DNA of 64,000 nt, taken from the sequence record PZ445511.1. One strand, given 5' to 3'. Below are positions 35,530 through 45,304 of this stretch, piece by piece. The number at the start of each line of letters is the position of its first letter. Within the stretch, counting starts at the first letter, position 1. The translations under genes were made by a program, and so were the position numbers. The notes beneath the pieces were generated by a model. The model made no database searches and was not told the origin of the DNA. It was given only the letters and a program-made list of their open reading frames with translations. This stretch comes from a phage.

Positions 35530-36228
35530 ATGAGAATCATTTCAAAGTTCAATGATGTATACGATTTGCAGAATAGTTTATTTGATCCAGATCGTGTCTG
35601 GGAGCGTAAAACTGAAGAGCTGCTAGTAAAAGTAACTGACGATGTAGAAAAGAATATCGTTCATAATCGTCAGGTGTTTCGTGAGGGTTCCTTATCCTTC
35701 CGTGGTGACTTCGAATACTCAGTAAATCCACTGTTTATTGCAGGTGAAGTTTACTGGTTACATGAACTGTCCTGCTGGCATCCAGCATTCAGTTTCAAAA
35801 CGTTCAACATCGATGCTGTGTTCGATAAAATGGAAGAAATGGGATTACATGCCCGTTCTTACTTACTAGATAAGAATCGTGGTGATGTTCGTGAAACCAT
35901 GCGAGATATGTTGGTTGAAGCAAAACCTAAAGCAGAACGTATCTTATCTGAACTGCGCGTACCAATTGCATATGTGAAAGGTATTAAGAAGAACGATAAC
36001 GATGATGTTCGTAACTTCGTAATTCAGACAAACATTCGTTTCCATCAGTCAGGTATTCCGTGGCAGGAAATTGAAAGTAACTTATACCGTTTACACCAAG
36101 TTCTCGAACAGTATATTTTCGGTGTACTAGGAACTGGTGAGCCTGATATGATTACCGTATCAGATAAAGACAGGTTAGCAGCACATGGATTTGATACAAA
36201 AACTTCTTTCAGGAATATGGCAAGGTAA
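35530..36228 (+). CDS. hypothetical protein
   Basis: 232 aa ORF. Confidence 0.6.
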   Translation: MRIISKFNDVYDLQNSLFDPDRVWERKTEELLVKVTDDVEKNIVHNRQVFREGSLSFRGDFEYSVNPLFIAGEVYWLHELSCWHPAFSFKTFNIDAVFDKMEEMGLHARSYLLDKNRGDVRETMRDMLVEAKPKAERILSELRVPIAYVKGIKKNDNDDVRNFVIQTNIRFHQSGIPWQEIESNLYRLHQVLEQYIFGVLGTGEPDMITVSDKDRLAAHGFDTKTSFRNMAR

Positions 36229-36634
36229 GTGGTATATCCTGGGAGCTGGTCTTGCGATAGGTATCGGATTCGGTGCTTATCACTTAGTAAATAAGGTTGA
36301 AACTCTAGCTGGGGATCTTGCAGTTGCGGCTAAAAAGATCTCCACTCTAGAGACTTCCCTTAATAAGGTGAAAACTGAAAGTGAACTTCGGGAGACTCGA
36401 ATGAACCAGTATTTCACAATGAATAATATTTCGCAAGCAGATCTAGACAAAAAGATTAAGCAGTTAGATAAAGCTCTTAATCGTCAAGATGTTATCGCTG
36501 CAAAGCCTGGATTGGTAACATTAATTGCTAAAAAGCAGAATAAAGAGTTCGAGGAAAGATTAGCGTGTTTAACTGGAAACTTGGAGTACTGCTCGCAGCC
36601 GCAATCACAATCACAGGCTGTGCAGAAGAAATAA
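36185..36634 (+). CDS. membrane-anchored coiled-coil protein (i-spanin-like)
   Basis: N-terminal TM WYILGAGLAIGIGFGAY followed by coiled coil; overlaps next gene by 70 nt. Confidence 0.4.
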   Translation: MDLIQKLLSGIWQGKWYILGAGLAIGIGFGAYHLVNKVETLAGDLAVAAKKISTLETSLNKVKTESELRETRMNQYFTMNNISQADLDKKIKQLDKALNRQDVIAAKPGLVTLIAKKQNKEFEERLACLTGNLEYCSQPQSQSQAVQKK

Positions 36635-36918
36635 AACCAGAGCCATCCCATGAGTTAAAGCAAGCTCATATCGATTGGCCTAAAGGACTTCAGCCTTGTA
36701 GTTTTGATTTCAAATTCGAAAAGAAATTAGCTACAAATGGTGAAGATGGCGTAGTAGTTGTTGTACCTTACAAAGATTGGAATGCAAAAGCAAAATGCGA
36801 GGAAGCAGTTTACTCTTACATTTCACGACTGACCGGTATGGTTTGCTTCTATCGTCAGGATTTACAAGAAAAACGTTGCTTAGTTTATTATCCACCCATT
36901 ACAAATAGGAAAGATTAA
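36565..36918 (+). CDS. lipoprotein (o-spanin-like)
   Basis: signal peptide with lipobox ITGC; gene embedded in 3' end of preceding ORF. Confidence 0.45.
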   Translation: MFNWKLGVLLAAAITITGCAEEIKPEPSHELKQAHIDWPKGLQPCSFDFKFEKKLATNGEDGVVVVVPYKDWNAKAKCEEAVYSYISRLTGMVCFYRQDLQEKRCLVYYPPITNRKD

Positions 36919-37670
36919 TGTCAGTATTAGTCGGTTTACATGGTGAGGCTGGTGCGGGAAAAGATACTGTTGCAAAATTAATGATTGACTGGTGTAATGA
37001 CACGTTCCCAACGTGTTTATCCCGTCGTTATAGTTTTGCTAAACCCGTTTACGAACTTGCATCCGTAATCCTCGGGGTAACTCCAGAGTTTCTGGGAGAG
37101 CGCAGGGGAAAAGAGATTGACCAATGGTTTACGATCACACAATCTCAATTGGAGCGAGCTAGAGACGTATGGTTTAAGTATGGTATCGATAAGTTTGAGG
37201 ACTTCTCGTACGTTTGGCCGATTTTTGAAGGAAAATACCTTGATCCTCAGCAGTTAATTGGGCAAGCTGATGATGCGCTGTATAGCGTGTTTATCTCCCC
37301 AAGAAAAATGCTACAGCTTGTAGGTACTGAGTTAGGAAGGCAGCTGGTGCATGAACGCATTTGGCTCATAATTCTGGAGCAATCCATCGATAAAGACGAC
37401 CCAGACGTCGCAATCGTTACCGATGTGCGTTTCCCCAATGAGGGAGAGCTAATCATGGAAACCAATACTCTAGATATGGATTCCATGCTTATTAAGGTTG
37501 AATCTGGTATTACTAATAAGTATCGCATCGAGACAGATCATCCGTCTGAAAGCGGTATTCCTGAAAAATACATTTCTCATAAATTTGAGAATACCTTCAA
37601 CGGACTTGATGCACTTCGTACCGATGTGTACCACTTCTGTGACTTAGAGCTAGAACCACTAGTTGGATAA
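36918..37670 (+). CDS. dnk: deoxynucleoside monophosphate kinase
   Basis: 250 aa; P-loop GEAGAGKDT at N-terminus. Confidence 0.65.
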   Translation: MSVLVGLHGEAGAGKDTVAKLMIDWCNDTFPTCLSRRYSFAKPVYELASVILGVTPEFLGERRGKEIDQWFTITQSQLERARDVWFKYGIDKFEDFSYVWPIFEGKYLDPQQLIGQADDALYSVFISPRKMLQLVGTELGRQLVHERIWLIILEQSIDKDDPDVAIVTDVRFPNEGELIMETNTLDMDSMLIKVESGITNKYRIETDHPSESGIPEKYISHKFENTFNGLDALRTDVYHFCDLELEPLVG

Positions 37671-37682
37671 TTAAGGATCACT

Positions 37683-38282
37683 ATGACTAATAAGAAAGAA
37701 GAAAAGACTAACTTGTTTCACACTGTTCGCCAATCTAACGAATATACCTTTTTCTTTGATGAAGAATTAGGCTCACCGGATGAGTATCGTGACCTATCCA
37801 TGATACTTATGCAGGCTGGTGAAGAAGATGAAATTAATCTGATGATTAATGGGCCTGGTGGTTACGTTGATACTGCTGCACAACTATCTAACCTAATCGC
37901 TAACTGTCGTGGAACGGTTATTGGACACCTGCTCGGTCCTAGTGCTTCTGCTTACTGTACAATCTTCCTGTCTTGCCACGGTTGGGTTGTACATCCACAT
38001 GCTACGCTTATGGGACATACGTTCTCTGGCGGATTCTGCGAGAAAGGTCAAGAAATCAAGAAAGCCTATGAATCCTACAACCAGTTTGTAGAAGATATGA
38101 TGCTAGATATTTACTTTCCGTTCTTCTCTGTCGACGAAATCGAGGATATGGTAAAAGAGAATAAGAATATCTATCTCAACAGCAAAGAAATCAATAAGCG
38201 TATTGAAATTTTGGCGAATTATCGTAAAGAGCAGTGTAGTAAAGCTCAAGCCCCGCATCCAGAAGAACATGGAGAAGTGTAA
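37683..38282 (+). CDS. ClpP-like serine protease
   Basis: 199 aa; INGPGGYV and GPSASAY motifs. Confidence 0.5.
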   Translation: MTNKKEEKTNLFHTVRQSNEYTFFFDEELGSPDEYRDLSMILMQAGEEDEINLMINGPGGYVDTAAQLSNLIANCRGTVIGHLLGPSASAYCTIFLSCHGWVVHPHATLMGHTFSGGFCEKGQEIKKAYESYNQFVEDMMLDIYFPFFSVDEIEDMVKENKNIYLNSKEINKRIEILANYRKEQCSKAQAPHPEEHGEV

Positions 38283-38291
38283 GTAGTTTTA

Positions 38292-38320
38292 AGCCAGAGT
38301 TTAACGACTCTGGCTTTTCT
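38292..38320 (+). terminator. rho-independent terminator
   Basis: agccagagt-ttaacg-actctggct followed by TTTT. Confidence 0.65.
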
Positions 38321-38385
38321 TTTGCCTAAAATTCTTCTTGACAACGACAAAAAATTGTGCTCCAGAAGTGATCTTAAAAAACACA

Positions 38386-38414
38386 TTGTAATTTTACTCT
38401 AGAATTAGTATAAT
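38386..38414 (+). promoter_or_regulatory. promoter (TTGTAA-17-TATAAT) for lysis genes
   Basis: hexamers with 17-bp spacer upstream of holin; TTGACA hexamer at 38338 has no matching -10. Confidence 0.5.
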
Positions 38415-38438
38415 GGTAGTGGTTAGAGGAGGTTACAA

Positions 38439-39095
38439 GTGGAAAAGTTTATACAACTATTAACGATACTGCTACAAGAAGCGAAAGATCCAGCTTCGCT
38501 ACTAAAACGTCTGCTAACTATCTTAGTTGCTGTCATTATTTTCTTGTTTATAAGTAACACTAGCGAGGTGATGTCATTTTTAAAGACTTTCTCCACGTCT
38601 TCGGTTTTACAGGATGTTCAAACCCAAAGGATAGATAACTTTCCTAATGTAGCACGAGAAAAGAGTATGGTTCTTTTCTCCCAGACTGGTGCGGATGCCG
38701 TTTTTGTAGTAAAGTATAAACCAGATGCTATAAATGATTATTCAAACATTATTGCATGGGAAAGCAATGCGCAATTGGATAGGGCTGACTTGGCCGATAA
38801 AGCAGTAAACAAGACGTCTGAACTTTATAGACGTCACCTGGAAGGCTTTAACTATGCTGCGGATTTAAGTGTAAAAGTAAATAAATATACGGGGTCAAAT
38901 ATACCAGCGTTTAAGAACATTACTTTTAATTACGTCTACACTTGTCCATATTTCAACCTAAATAATATCTATGCTGGATACATAGGTATTGCATGGAAGG
39001 ATAAACCCGTAGATACAGCTGATTCGGAACAATTTAATGAGTACTTAGCAAAGCTCTGTTCCCCACAACGGAGATCATTAGGTAGATCTATATGA
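38439..39095 (+). CDS. holin-like membrane protein
   Basis: 218 aa, GTG start with GAGGAGG RBS, N-terminal TM, directly upstream of and overlapping endolysin. Confidence 0.55.
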   Translation: MEKFIQLLTILLQEAKDPASLLKRLLTILVAVIIFLFISNTSEVMSFLKTFSTSSVLQDVQTQRIDNFPNVAREKSMVLFSQTGADAVFVVKYKPDAINDYSNIIAWESNAQLDRADLADKAVNKTSELYRRHLEGFNYAADLSVKVNKYTGSNIPAFKNITFNYVYTCPYFNLNNIYAGYIGIAWKDKPVDTADSEQFNEYLAKLCSPQRRSLGRSI

Positions 39096-39505
39096 GTTTT
39101 AAATTTGGTAAAAATAGCGAAAAACAATTAGCAACTGTTAAGCCCGAGCTACAGAAGGTAGCTCGTAGGGCTTTAGAATTATCTCCATATGATTTCACAA
39201 TCGTACAGGGTATTCGTACAGTAGCACAAAGTGCCCAAAACATTGCTAATGGTACTTCATTTTTGAAAGACCCTAGCAAAAGTAAGCATGTAACTGGAGA
39301 CGCTATCGATTTTGCACCATATATTAATGGTAAGATTGATTGGAAAGATCTGGAAGCATTTTGGGCTGTTAAGAAGGCTTTTGAACAAGCTGGTAAGGAA
39401 CTTGGTGTCAAACTTCGTTTTGGTGCCGACTGGAATAGTTCTGGTGATTATCATGATGAGATCGATCGTGGTACTTACGACGGTGGTCACGTAGAATTAG
39501 TCTGA
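39092..39505 (+). CDS. endolysin, L-alanyl-D-glutamate peptidase type
   Basis: 137 aa; size and sequence fit my recollection of T5-type Zn peptidase endolysin. Confidence 0.7.
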   Translation: MSFKFGKNSEKQLATVKPELQKVARRALELSPYDFTIVQGIRTVAQSAQNIANGTSFLKDPSKSKHVTGDAIDFAPYINGKIDWKDLEAFWAVKKAFEQAGKELGVKLRFGADWNSSGDYHDEIDRGTYDGGHVELV

Positions 39506-39516
39506 TAATAAATCAA

Positions 39517-39539
39517 GGCGGGGTAATTCCCGCCTTTTA
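39517..39539 (+). terminator. rho-independent terminator
   Basis: aggcggg-gtaatt-cccgcct followed by TTTT. Confidence 0.6.
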
Positions 39540-39580
39540 AAGCAAAGGGGGCTTTAAAAACTTAATGATAGGAGAAAGCC

Positions 39581-39997
39581 ATGTTTGCAGAACTATTCAC
39601 CATGATATTACTAGGAATATGGAAAATAAGCCTAGTAGTTTTCATCTTAATGATAATTCTCACTGTTGTCGCACTAGTTACCCAAAATGATACATTAAAG
39701 AAAGTCGTTCATGGGCTAGAGTATATAATTATGGGCACATTCGGCGTTTGCAAATGCAACTGCCAGAGGAATACGAAATATTGTTGGCTTTGGATGGAGT
39801 TAGAGAACTGCATCACAGTAGCCTTGGCTGTCTCATTCGGTATGATTCTTATGGCCCTTACTCTAGCATTGATACCACTAATGTTAGCTGGGGGAGTCAC
39901 GGCTTATTTCACCCTTTTCTCCCCTATACTTATGTATTCAATATACCCAATAACTATGTACTTAGTTAGGAAGAGATTCCCACATCAAGCACACTAA
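39581..39997 (+). CDS. polytopic membrane protein
   Basis: 138 aa, several hydrophobic helices. Confidence 0.5.
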   Translation: MFAELFTMILLGIWKISLVVFILMIILTVVALVTQNDTLKKVVHGLEYIIMGTFGVCKCNCQRNTKYCWLWMELENCITVALAVSFGMILMALTLALIPLMLAGGVTAYFTLFSPILMYSIYPITMYLVRKRFPHQAH

Positions 39998-40010
39998 TAT
40001 AAAAAAGTAG

Positions 40011-40039
40011 TTGACTTTCCGCTGAAATTTTTATATAAT
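40011..40039 (+). promoter_or_regulatory. early promoter (TTGACT-17-TATAAT)
   Basis: 17-bp spacer. Confidence 0.7.
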
Positions 40040-40072
40040 ATTTGTATAAATTGAATCAGAGGAGTTTCACAA

Positions 40073-40483
40073 ATGTCAGATCGTTACTATACTCAGATGG
40101 CTAACCATTACAATATGGCTCCGTATGAATTGAACATCGCATTACGTGACCTCGATTCACCAGAGCGTGCAAAACTTGAGAAAAAGGCGGGAATTCGTAT
40201 GTCTAGCAAGGGCAAGAAACTTACTCGTATTGACTTAAATACCATGCTAATGGAAGAGCTTGGCGTGAATATTGAAGGTCAGAAGTTGCCTCTCAATGTT
40301 CTTGAAACGATGCTGGATAAAGTCAAGAAGAAAACCTATAAGAAAGTACAAGTACCGGAAGGCAGGCTAAAAGCCCCTTATCAAGCTGCTGTATCCGAGT
40401 GCTTAGGTGCTACCTTAGATCTTAGCACTGCAACTGTCAAGGTAATGAAAGGCTTTTTGGAGGCCATTAATAAACATGAGTAA
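40073..40483 (+). CDS. hypothetical protein
   Basis: 136 aa with GAGGAG RBS. Confidence 0.55.
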   Translation: MSDRYYTQMANHYNMAPYELNIALRDLDSPERAKLEKKAGIRMSSKGKKLTRIDLNTMLMEELGVNIEGQKLPLNVLETMLDKVKKKTYKKVQVPEGRLKAPYQAAVSECLGATLDLSTATVKVMKGFLEAINKHE

Positions 40484-40766
40484 ATTAATATATCTATTAA
40501 AAGGTTCCACTTGCAACCCATGTAAACTTTTCGAGCCTGTATTCGATAAAGTAGTACAGGGCTACAGTCTAGAAGTTCATAAAGAGACTGATAATACAGA
40601 ACTTATGCAGAAGTTCGGTGTTAGACAAGTTCCTGTAGTAGTTCTAGCAGATCGTCTACCGAATGGTCGTGTGGAAGCCAACCACATTCTGATTGGTCGT
40701 CAGCTTCGTAAGGAAACTATGCACGATGCAATCAAAAACTTCCTGGAAGATAATCCAGAAGATTAA
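40476..40766 (+). CDS. thioredoxin/glutaredoxin-like redoxin (CNPC active site)
   Basis: 96 aa; CxxC near N-terminus in thioredoxin-fold context; likely RNR reductant. Confidence 0.55.
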   Translation: MSKLIYLLKGSTCNPCKLFEPVFDKVVQGYSLEVHKETDNTELMQKFGVRQVPVVVLADRLPNGRVEANHILIGRQLRKETMHDAIKNFLEDNPED

Positions 40767-40773
40767 TAAATCC

Positions 40774-40805
40774 AACCCAGATCTTAGCTGATCTGGGTTT
40801 TTCTT
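40774..40805 (+). terminator. rho-independent terminator
   Basis: aacccagatc-ttagct-gatctgggtt followed by TTTTTC. Confidence 0.65.
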
Positions 40806-40808
40806 TAT

Positions 40809-40837
40809 TTGCTAAACGCTTAAAATTTTGATATAAT
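40809..40837 (+). promoter_or_regulatory. early promoter (TTGCTA-17-TATAAT)
   Basis: promoter family member. Confidence 0.7.
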
Positions 40838-40868
40838 ATACCTATAAACTTGAGAAAGGAACCAGATA

Positions 40869-41732
40869 ATGAAAAAAGAATTTAACCTGCATGAAATGTT
40901 AGTAGTACCAGACGATGTTAACCTGTTCTTCGTAGGAGATATTCACGGCTGTAATGATATGCTGGAAGATGCTCTTAAACTAGCAGGATATAAAGAGAAG
41001 CGTGACTATGTTGTCTGTGTTGGCGACTTAATTGACCGTGGCCCGCAGAACTTACAGGTTCTAGCCAAATTCTTATATAACCCACGCTTCCGCAGCGTTC
41101 GTGGCAACCATGATCAGTTTATGATTGCTGGTGACTACGCCAACTGGATGTATAATGGTGGAATGTGGGCAATGAATGATCTGGATACCGATACAATTAA
41201 AGGTATCGCAGAAGATATGGCAGTTAAAATGCCAGTATTCATGACTGTACTCCATCGTGGCAAGAAATACGGTGTTGTTCATGGTGGAATACCATTCCAA
41301 TATAAAGATGCGGGATTCGATGTACATACACCTAATTGGGACGATATTATTGATCATATCGCTGCAAGTGAAAATGATCCTAATGACCATCCTAGTTATT
41401 ATATTGAACCATATTTGTGGGATCGTGATGTAATTCAGGAAATTGGTTTTCATCTATCTAAGCAAGGTGCAGAACATCCTTATTTCCAGCGTTATACAGG
41501 CTTTAAAGATGAATTGACGGTGGAAGTACCAGAAGTTGAAAGTGTGGATTTCGTATTCCACGGCCACACTGGTGTTCCTTACCCGATTCTATATAAGAAC
41601 CGTGTTTATCTTGATACTGGCGGTGTTTTCAACGGGCAGTTGACGGTTGCGCAAGTTAATGATGAAGCCGGTAAAATCATGACATTTACCACAGATAAAA
41701 ATGATAGCTGTGGTGTACAGAGGATTCTATAA
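40869..41732 (+). CDS. Ser/Thr protein phosphatase (calcineurin-like metallophosphoesterase)
   Basis: motifs GDIHG, GDLIDRG, GNHD. Confidence 0.75.
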   Translation: MKKEFNLHEMLVVPDDVNLFFVGDIHGCNDMLEDALKLAGYKEKRDYVVCVGDLIDRGPQNLQVLAKFLYNPRFRSVRGNHDQFMIAGDYANWMYNGGMWAMNDLDTDTIKGIAEDMAVKMPVFMTVLHRGKKYGVVHGGIPFQYKDAGFDVHTPNWDDIIDHIAASENDPNDHPSYYIEPYLWDRDVIQEIGFHLSKQGAEHPYFQRYTGFKDELTVEVPEVESVDFVFHGHTGVPYPILYKNRVYLDTGGVFNGQLTVAQVNDEAGKIMTFTTDKNDSCGVQRIL

Positions 41733-42100
41733 TGGAACGTGAAGAACGTTATGTAGTAATAAAGTTGTCTGATATTGAGAAAGCCCTAGAATTAGGGCAT
41801 ATCACTCAAAGCAACTTTACCACTTTGGAACATATCTTATCCAAACTGTGGTATAGTCGAGCACAACGTGGAAAAGAGGATCTCAAAACCGTTGTGGTAG
41901 AGCATGACTGGCCAGAGTATGAAGAAGTCTGGAAAATGCTAGAGAATCGTGTTGATTTTGAGCAAGCACGACAAGAAGAACTTGACAAAGGATATCAAGA
42001 AGCAAAAGAACATCATGAGATTCATGATGAAATATTCAAACTTCGTGGTATTAGTAGTTATTGTCAGGGTTGGAATAAATATGCGGAGGAAGTTCTGTAA
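41732..42100 (+). CDS. hypothetical protein
   Basis: 122 aa. Confidence 0.5.
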   Translation: MEREERYVVIKLSDIEKALELGHITQSNFTTLEHILSKLWYSRAQRGKEDLKTVVVEHDWPEYEEVWKMLENRVDFEQARQEELDKGYQEAKEHHEIHDEIFKLRGISSYCQGWNKYAEEVL

Positions 42101-42618
42101 TGAAAGTTTATTTTTGGAGCGACCTACACTTAGGGCATGTTAATATCCCTAAGTTTCGAACTATGTTCTCTAGTATGGAAGAGCACGACGAATTTATCAT
42201 GGATACTATTACGTCTATGAAGGATAAACGTACTGTATTTTTCATTTTAGGGGACGCATTTGTATCTAGAAAGGGTCTGGAGAAGTTTGAAAAACTATTT
42301 AGCAATGTTAGGACTACTTTAGTTCTGGGGAACCACGATTTGGAACGAGAAGGCTTATCTTTTACAGACTTAGTAGGTGTAGTAGATAATGTGCAGTCTT
42401 TAGTTAAATATAAGAACTTCTGGCTTTCTCATGCCCCCGTGCACCCAGGAGAGTTAAGGGGTAAAAAGAATTTACATGGGCATACTCACTTTGAATTAAT
42501 GGGAGATCCACGTTACATTAACGTTTGTGTTGAGTATGCAAAGTCGCCTGTACGATTAGAAGATATTATGAGTGGTAAGTATACTTCTCATGATAAAACT
42601 AGCTGGATGTTGGAATGA
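42100..42618 (+). CDS. metallophosphoesterase
   Basis: motifs SDLHLGH, GD, GNHD. Confidence 0.6.
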   Translation: MKVYFWSDLHLGHVNIPKFRTMFSSMEEHDEFIMDTITSMKDKRTVFFILGDAFVSRKGLEKFEKLFSNVRTTLVLGNHDLEREGLSFTDLVGVVDNVQSLVKYKNFWLSHAPVHPGELRGKKNLHGHTHFELMGDPRYINVCVEYAKSPVRLEDIMSGKYTSHDKTSWMLE

Positions 42619-43082
42619 TATGGATACAAATTACAGAATATCCTAACTATGCTGTATCAGAAGATGGTGAAGTTAAGAATATATCACGAGGTAGACTTTT
42701 AACTCCCCATATAGATAGAGATGGATATGTTATTTATACACTATATAACAAGGGTAAACCTAAAAAGTTAAAAGCCCATAGATTAGTCGCGCAATACCAT
42801 CTAGATTTACCAGATAACTGGGAAAACCTACCTGTTAATCACAAGGATGGGGATAAGCAGAATAACCATAAATCTAATGTAGAATGGTCTACTATACTGG
42901 AAAATAATAGACATGCTAGAATTAATGGGTTAACTACAGATGCGCTTACAGTAGAACAAGTATGGGAAATTAGAAGTCTGCTTATACAAGGCAGATCTAA
43001 TACCGAAATTGCCAAAATCTATAAAGTAGATCAGTCTACTATCAGTAATATAAAGACAGGAAGAACGTGGAATTATGTTTGA
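42615..43082 (+). CDS. HNH homing endonuclease with C-terminal HTH
   Basis: 155 aa; VNHKDGDKQNNHKSN motif. Confidence 0.7.
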   Translation: MIWIQITEYPNYAVSEDGEVKNISRGRLLTPHIDRDGYVIYTLYNKGKPKKLKAHRLVAQYHLDLPDNWENLPVNHKDGDKQNNHKSNVEWSTILENNRHARINGLTTDALTVEQVWEIRSLLIQGRSNTEIAKIYKVDQSTISNIKTGRTWNYV

Positions 43083-43148
43083 TTTTGATGGCATGGCTCG
43101 TGAGATATTTATAGCAATAGGGATAGTAGTTCTTATCTCTTTCTTTAC

Positions 43149-43170
43149 GGGCCTAGGCTTAGGCCTTTTA
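43149..43170 (+). terminator. rho-independent terminator
   Basis: ggcct-aggctt-aggcc followed by TTTT. Confidence 0.55.
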
Positions 43171-43184
43171 TTTTAAAACTTCAT

Positions 43185-43213
43185 TTGCTAAAATGCTTAG
43201 TTTTCTGTATAAT
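43185..43213 (+). promoter_or_regulatory. early promoter (TTGCTA-17-TATAAT)
   Basis: promoter family member. Confidence 0.7.
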
Positions 43214-43244
43214 TACTTTATAAATTGATGAGAAGGAATCAAAA

Positions 43245-43676
43245 ATGCAAAAGATTGATAAAGCACTTTTAATCGCAACAGCAGATAAGTTTGAGCAAGT
43301 TAAAACTACTTTTAAGGCAGTCTTTCAGTCCTATGTTCAAGACAAATCGAACCCGATTTCTGAGCGTTTGATGATGTGGGAATGTTTTACTTGCAATGCT
43401 CTGCTAATTTCCGATTATAGGGGAGAAGTATCTGAGGAATTGCAGGAGATCTTTATTAATGAAGATACTCCACGCTATCAGTTAGTGAACTTCCAGGATC
43501 TAGCCGAGCAAGTTATTCCAGATGATCTTTGGGACAAGTATTACGGTGATCCTGAAGAAGATGGTATGGAACCTGAGAAGTGCATCGAACTGATCTGTAA
43601 GGATTATCCTGAAATTGCTGAGAAATTTGAGTTAGTATTTGCTTCGGAGTTCTCAGGTTTCGTTAACGATTGGTAA
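43245..43676 (+). CDS. hypothetical protein
   Basis: 143 aa. Confidence 0.55.
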   Translation: MQKIDKALLIATADKFEQVKTTFKAVFQSYVQDKSNPISERLMMWECFTCNALLISDYRGEVSEELQEIFINEDTPRYQLVNFQDLAEQVIPDDLWDKYYGDPEEDGMEPEKCIELICKDYPEIAEKFELVFASEFSGFVNDW

Positions 43677-43689
43677 ATAAATAATTTAC

Positions 43690-43718
43690 TTGCTAAATGT
43701 CCAGAAATCTTATATAAT
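43690..43718 (+). promoter_or_regulatory. early promoter (TTGCTA-17-TATAAT)
   Basis: promoter family member; last in window. Confidence 0.7.
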
Positions 43719-43750
43719 ATATTTATAAATTAATGAGAGAGGAAGTTCAA

Positions 43751-44011
43751 ATGGAAAACATGACTAAAACTGAAATGGCAAACGTATTGGCTATCCTGCT
43801 GGACATGCAAGGGTTTGAAGGTCAGCTCATGAAGATGTCTATTCCGGCAATGAAAAAGATGTATGATTCTCTGAACAAGAATGCTATGGCATTCAACCTA
43901 GCAAAACAGGAAGCACGTTTTGCGAAAGAGCATCAGGCAACTGCCGAACGTCGTGCAGCATCTTTTGAGCGTGAAGTTAAGCAACTGAAAGGTAAGAAAA
44001 ATGGAAGCTAA
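43751..44011 (+). CDS. hypothetical protein
   Basis: ATG 43751 with GAGAGAGGAAG RBS inside ORF 43733..44011. Confidence 0.5.
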   Translation: MENMTKTEMANVLAILLDMQGFEGQLMKMSIPAMKKMYDSLNKNAMAFNLAKQEARFAKEHQATAERRAASFEREVKQLKGKKNGS

Positions 44012-44143
44012 ACTAGCTATATTAGTAGTATTAGCTTTCCAAGCAATGGTATTAGGATTTATTCATGGTAAAGTGTCCCATTTAGAGAATTCAGTGAAGG
44101 AATTAAAAGTAGAAATGTGCAAAAATATCCCAGATAATGAAAA

Positions 44144-44440
44144 ATGCAGGAGCACTTAATGATTACAGAAATTTTAATTGGATTGCTGGTTCTTACTACT
44201 TTAGCAGCAATTGGAGGAATCATTGGCATTCTTAATGCTAGTAAAAATATGGAAGCAATGAAGGCTACCAACAATGCGCTTTGGGAAAAATATATAGCTG
44301 CGGAAAAAGATATCGAGGACACACAAAGACGTTCAGATCTTCTTAAAGAAAAGCTAAAGAATGTTGAAACTCTTGTTGGTAACACTAAACTTCCTATTAA
44401 AGTCCTGCGCGCTCAGGTAATCACGGAGATTAAGAAATGA
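44144..44440 (+). CDS. membrane-anchored coiled-coil protein
   Basis: 98 aa. Confidence 0.5.
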   Translation: MQEHLMITEILIGLLVLTTLAAIGGIIGILNASKNMEAMKATNNALWEKYIAAEKDIEDTQRRSDLLKEKLKNVETLVGNTKLPIKVLRAQVITEIKK

Positions 44441-44682
44441 TGTTAATTATCTTAGCTTTTTATCTGGTTATTGTTGGTGTTCTGGTTACTAAGTATCACA
44501 CCTGGACTCCGAAGAACGTTGGTAAAGTAGCACTGTTTGTTCTGCCAGTTCCTATCATCATCGTTGCAATGCTGTTCACGATGTTGGCCGGTAAAGTGAC
44601 AAAAACTGACGTTAAACGCATTGTAGACGAACTACAGCAATCTTCTGACATGATCGAGGATATTCTGAAAGATGAAGCTTAA
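44437..44682 (+). CDS. small membrane protein
   Basis: 81 aa. Confidence 0.5.
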   Translation: MMLIILAFYLVIVGVLVTKYHTWTPKNVGKVALFVLPVPIIIVAMLFTMLAGKVTKTDVKRIVDELQQSSDMIEDILKDEA

Positions 44683-45004
44683 TTTTAGTGAATTAACCCT
44701 GCTGGACGAGTTTCTAGGTTTTGTTACTGAACGTGGGTTTATTAACGTAGACCACCAGACACTAGAAGTCCTTCAATCTATCCAGAATAAAACTAAAACA
44801 GATCTGGAAGACTTATGGCGACCGCTTTCTGAGTTAACTCCTCTTAATATGAAAGTGATTGTTAAAAATATTGAAACTGGTGAAGAACGTGAGATGGTTC
44901 GTAAAGAACTGGCTAATAGTTATTCTCCAGAGTCCCTAGTGATGCATCATGACGATGAACCAGAAACACTTTGGACAGCCCATTATATTTGGCGTCTGCC
45001 TTGA
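44672..45004 (+). CDS. hypothetical protein
   Basis: 110 aa. Confidence 0.5.
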   Translation: MKLNFSELTLLDEFLGFVTERGFINVDHQTLEVLQSIQNKTKTDLEDLWRPLSELTPLNMKVIVKNIETGEEREMVRKELANSYSPESLVMHHDDEPETLWTAHYIWRLP

Positions 45005-45103
45005 TTGATTTAACAACTGTTACGGCAATCTTAATCTTCGGTTTAGTGGTTGCAGTTTTCATAATCGTTGAGCAGGCCAAAGTAATACGGAGACTTAAAA
45101 ACA

Positions 45104-45304
45104 ATGCTAAGACTTCTTAGTTCCAAGCTCTCCCAATCCATTTGGGAGTATTTTATAATTCTACCAGCTTTTATGTTAAGTTGTGCAATCATTAACATTA
45201 TGTATCAAGAAGCTGGTTGGACAGTCCAAGATTTCCACATTTCACAAGTTCTTCCCTTCATGTATGAAGGCGTTATCGCAGCAATAAATGGAGTTCGTAA
45301 ATGA
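45104..45304 (+). CDS. small membrane protein
   Basis: 66 aa. Confidence 0.4.
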   Translation: MLRLLSSKLSQSIWEYFIILPAFMLSCAIINIMYQEAGWTVQDFHISQVLPFMYEGVIAAINGVRK

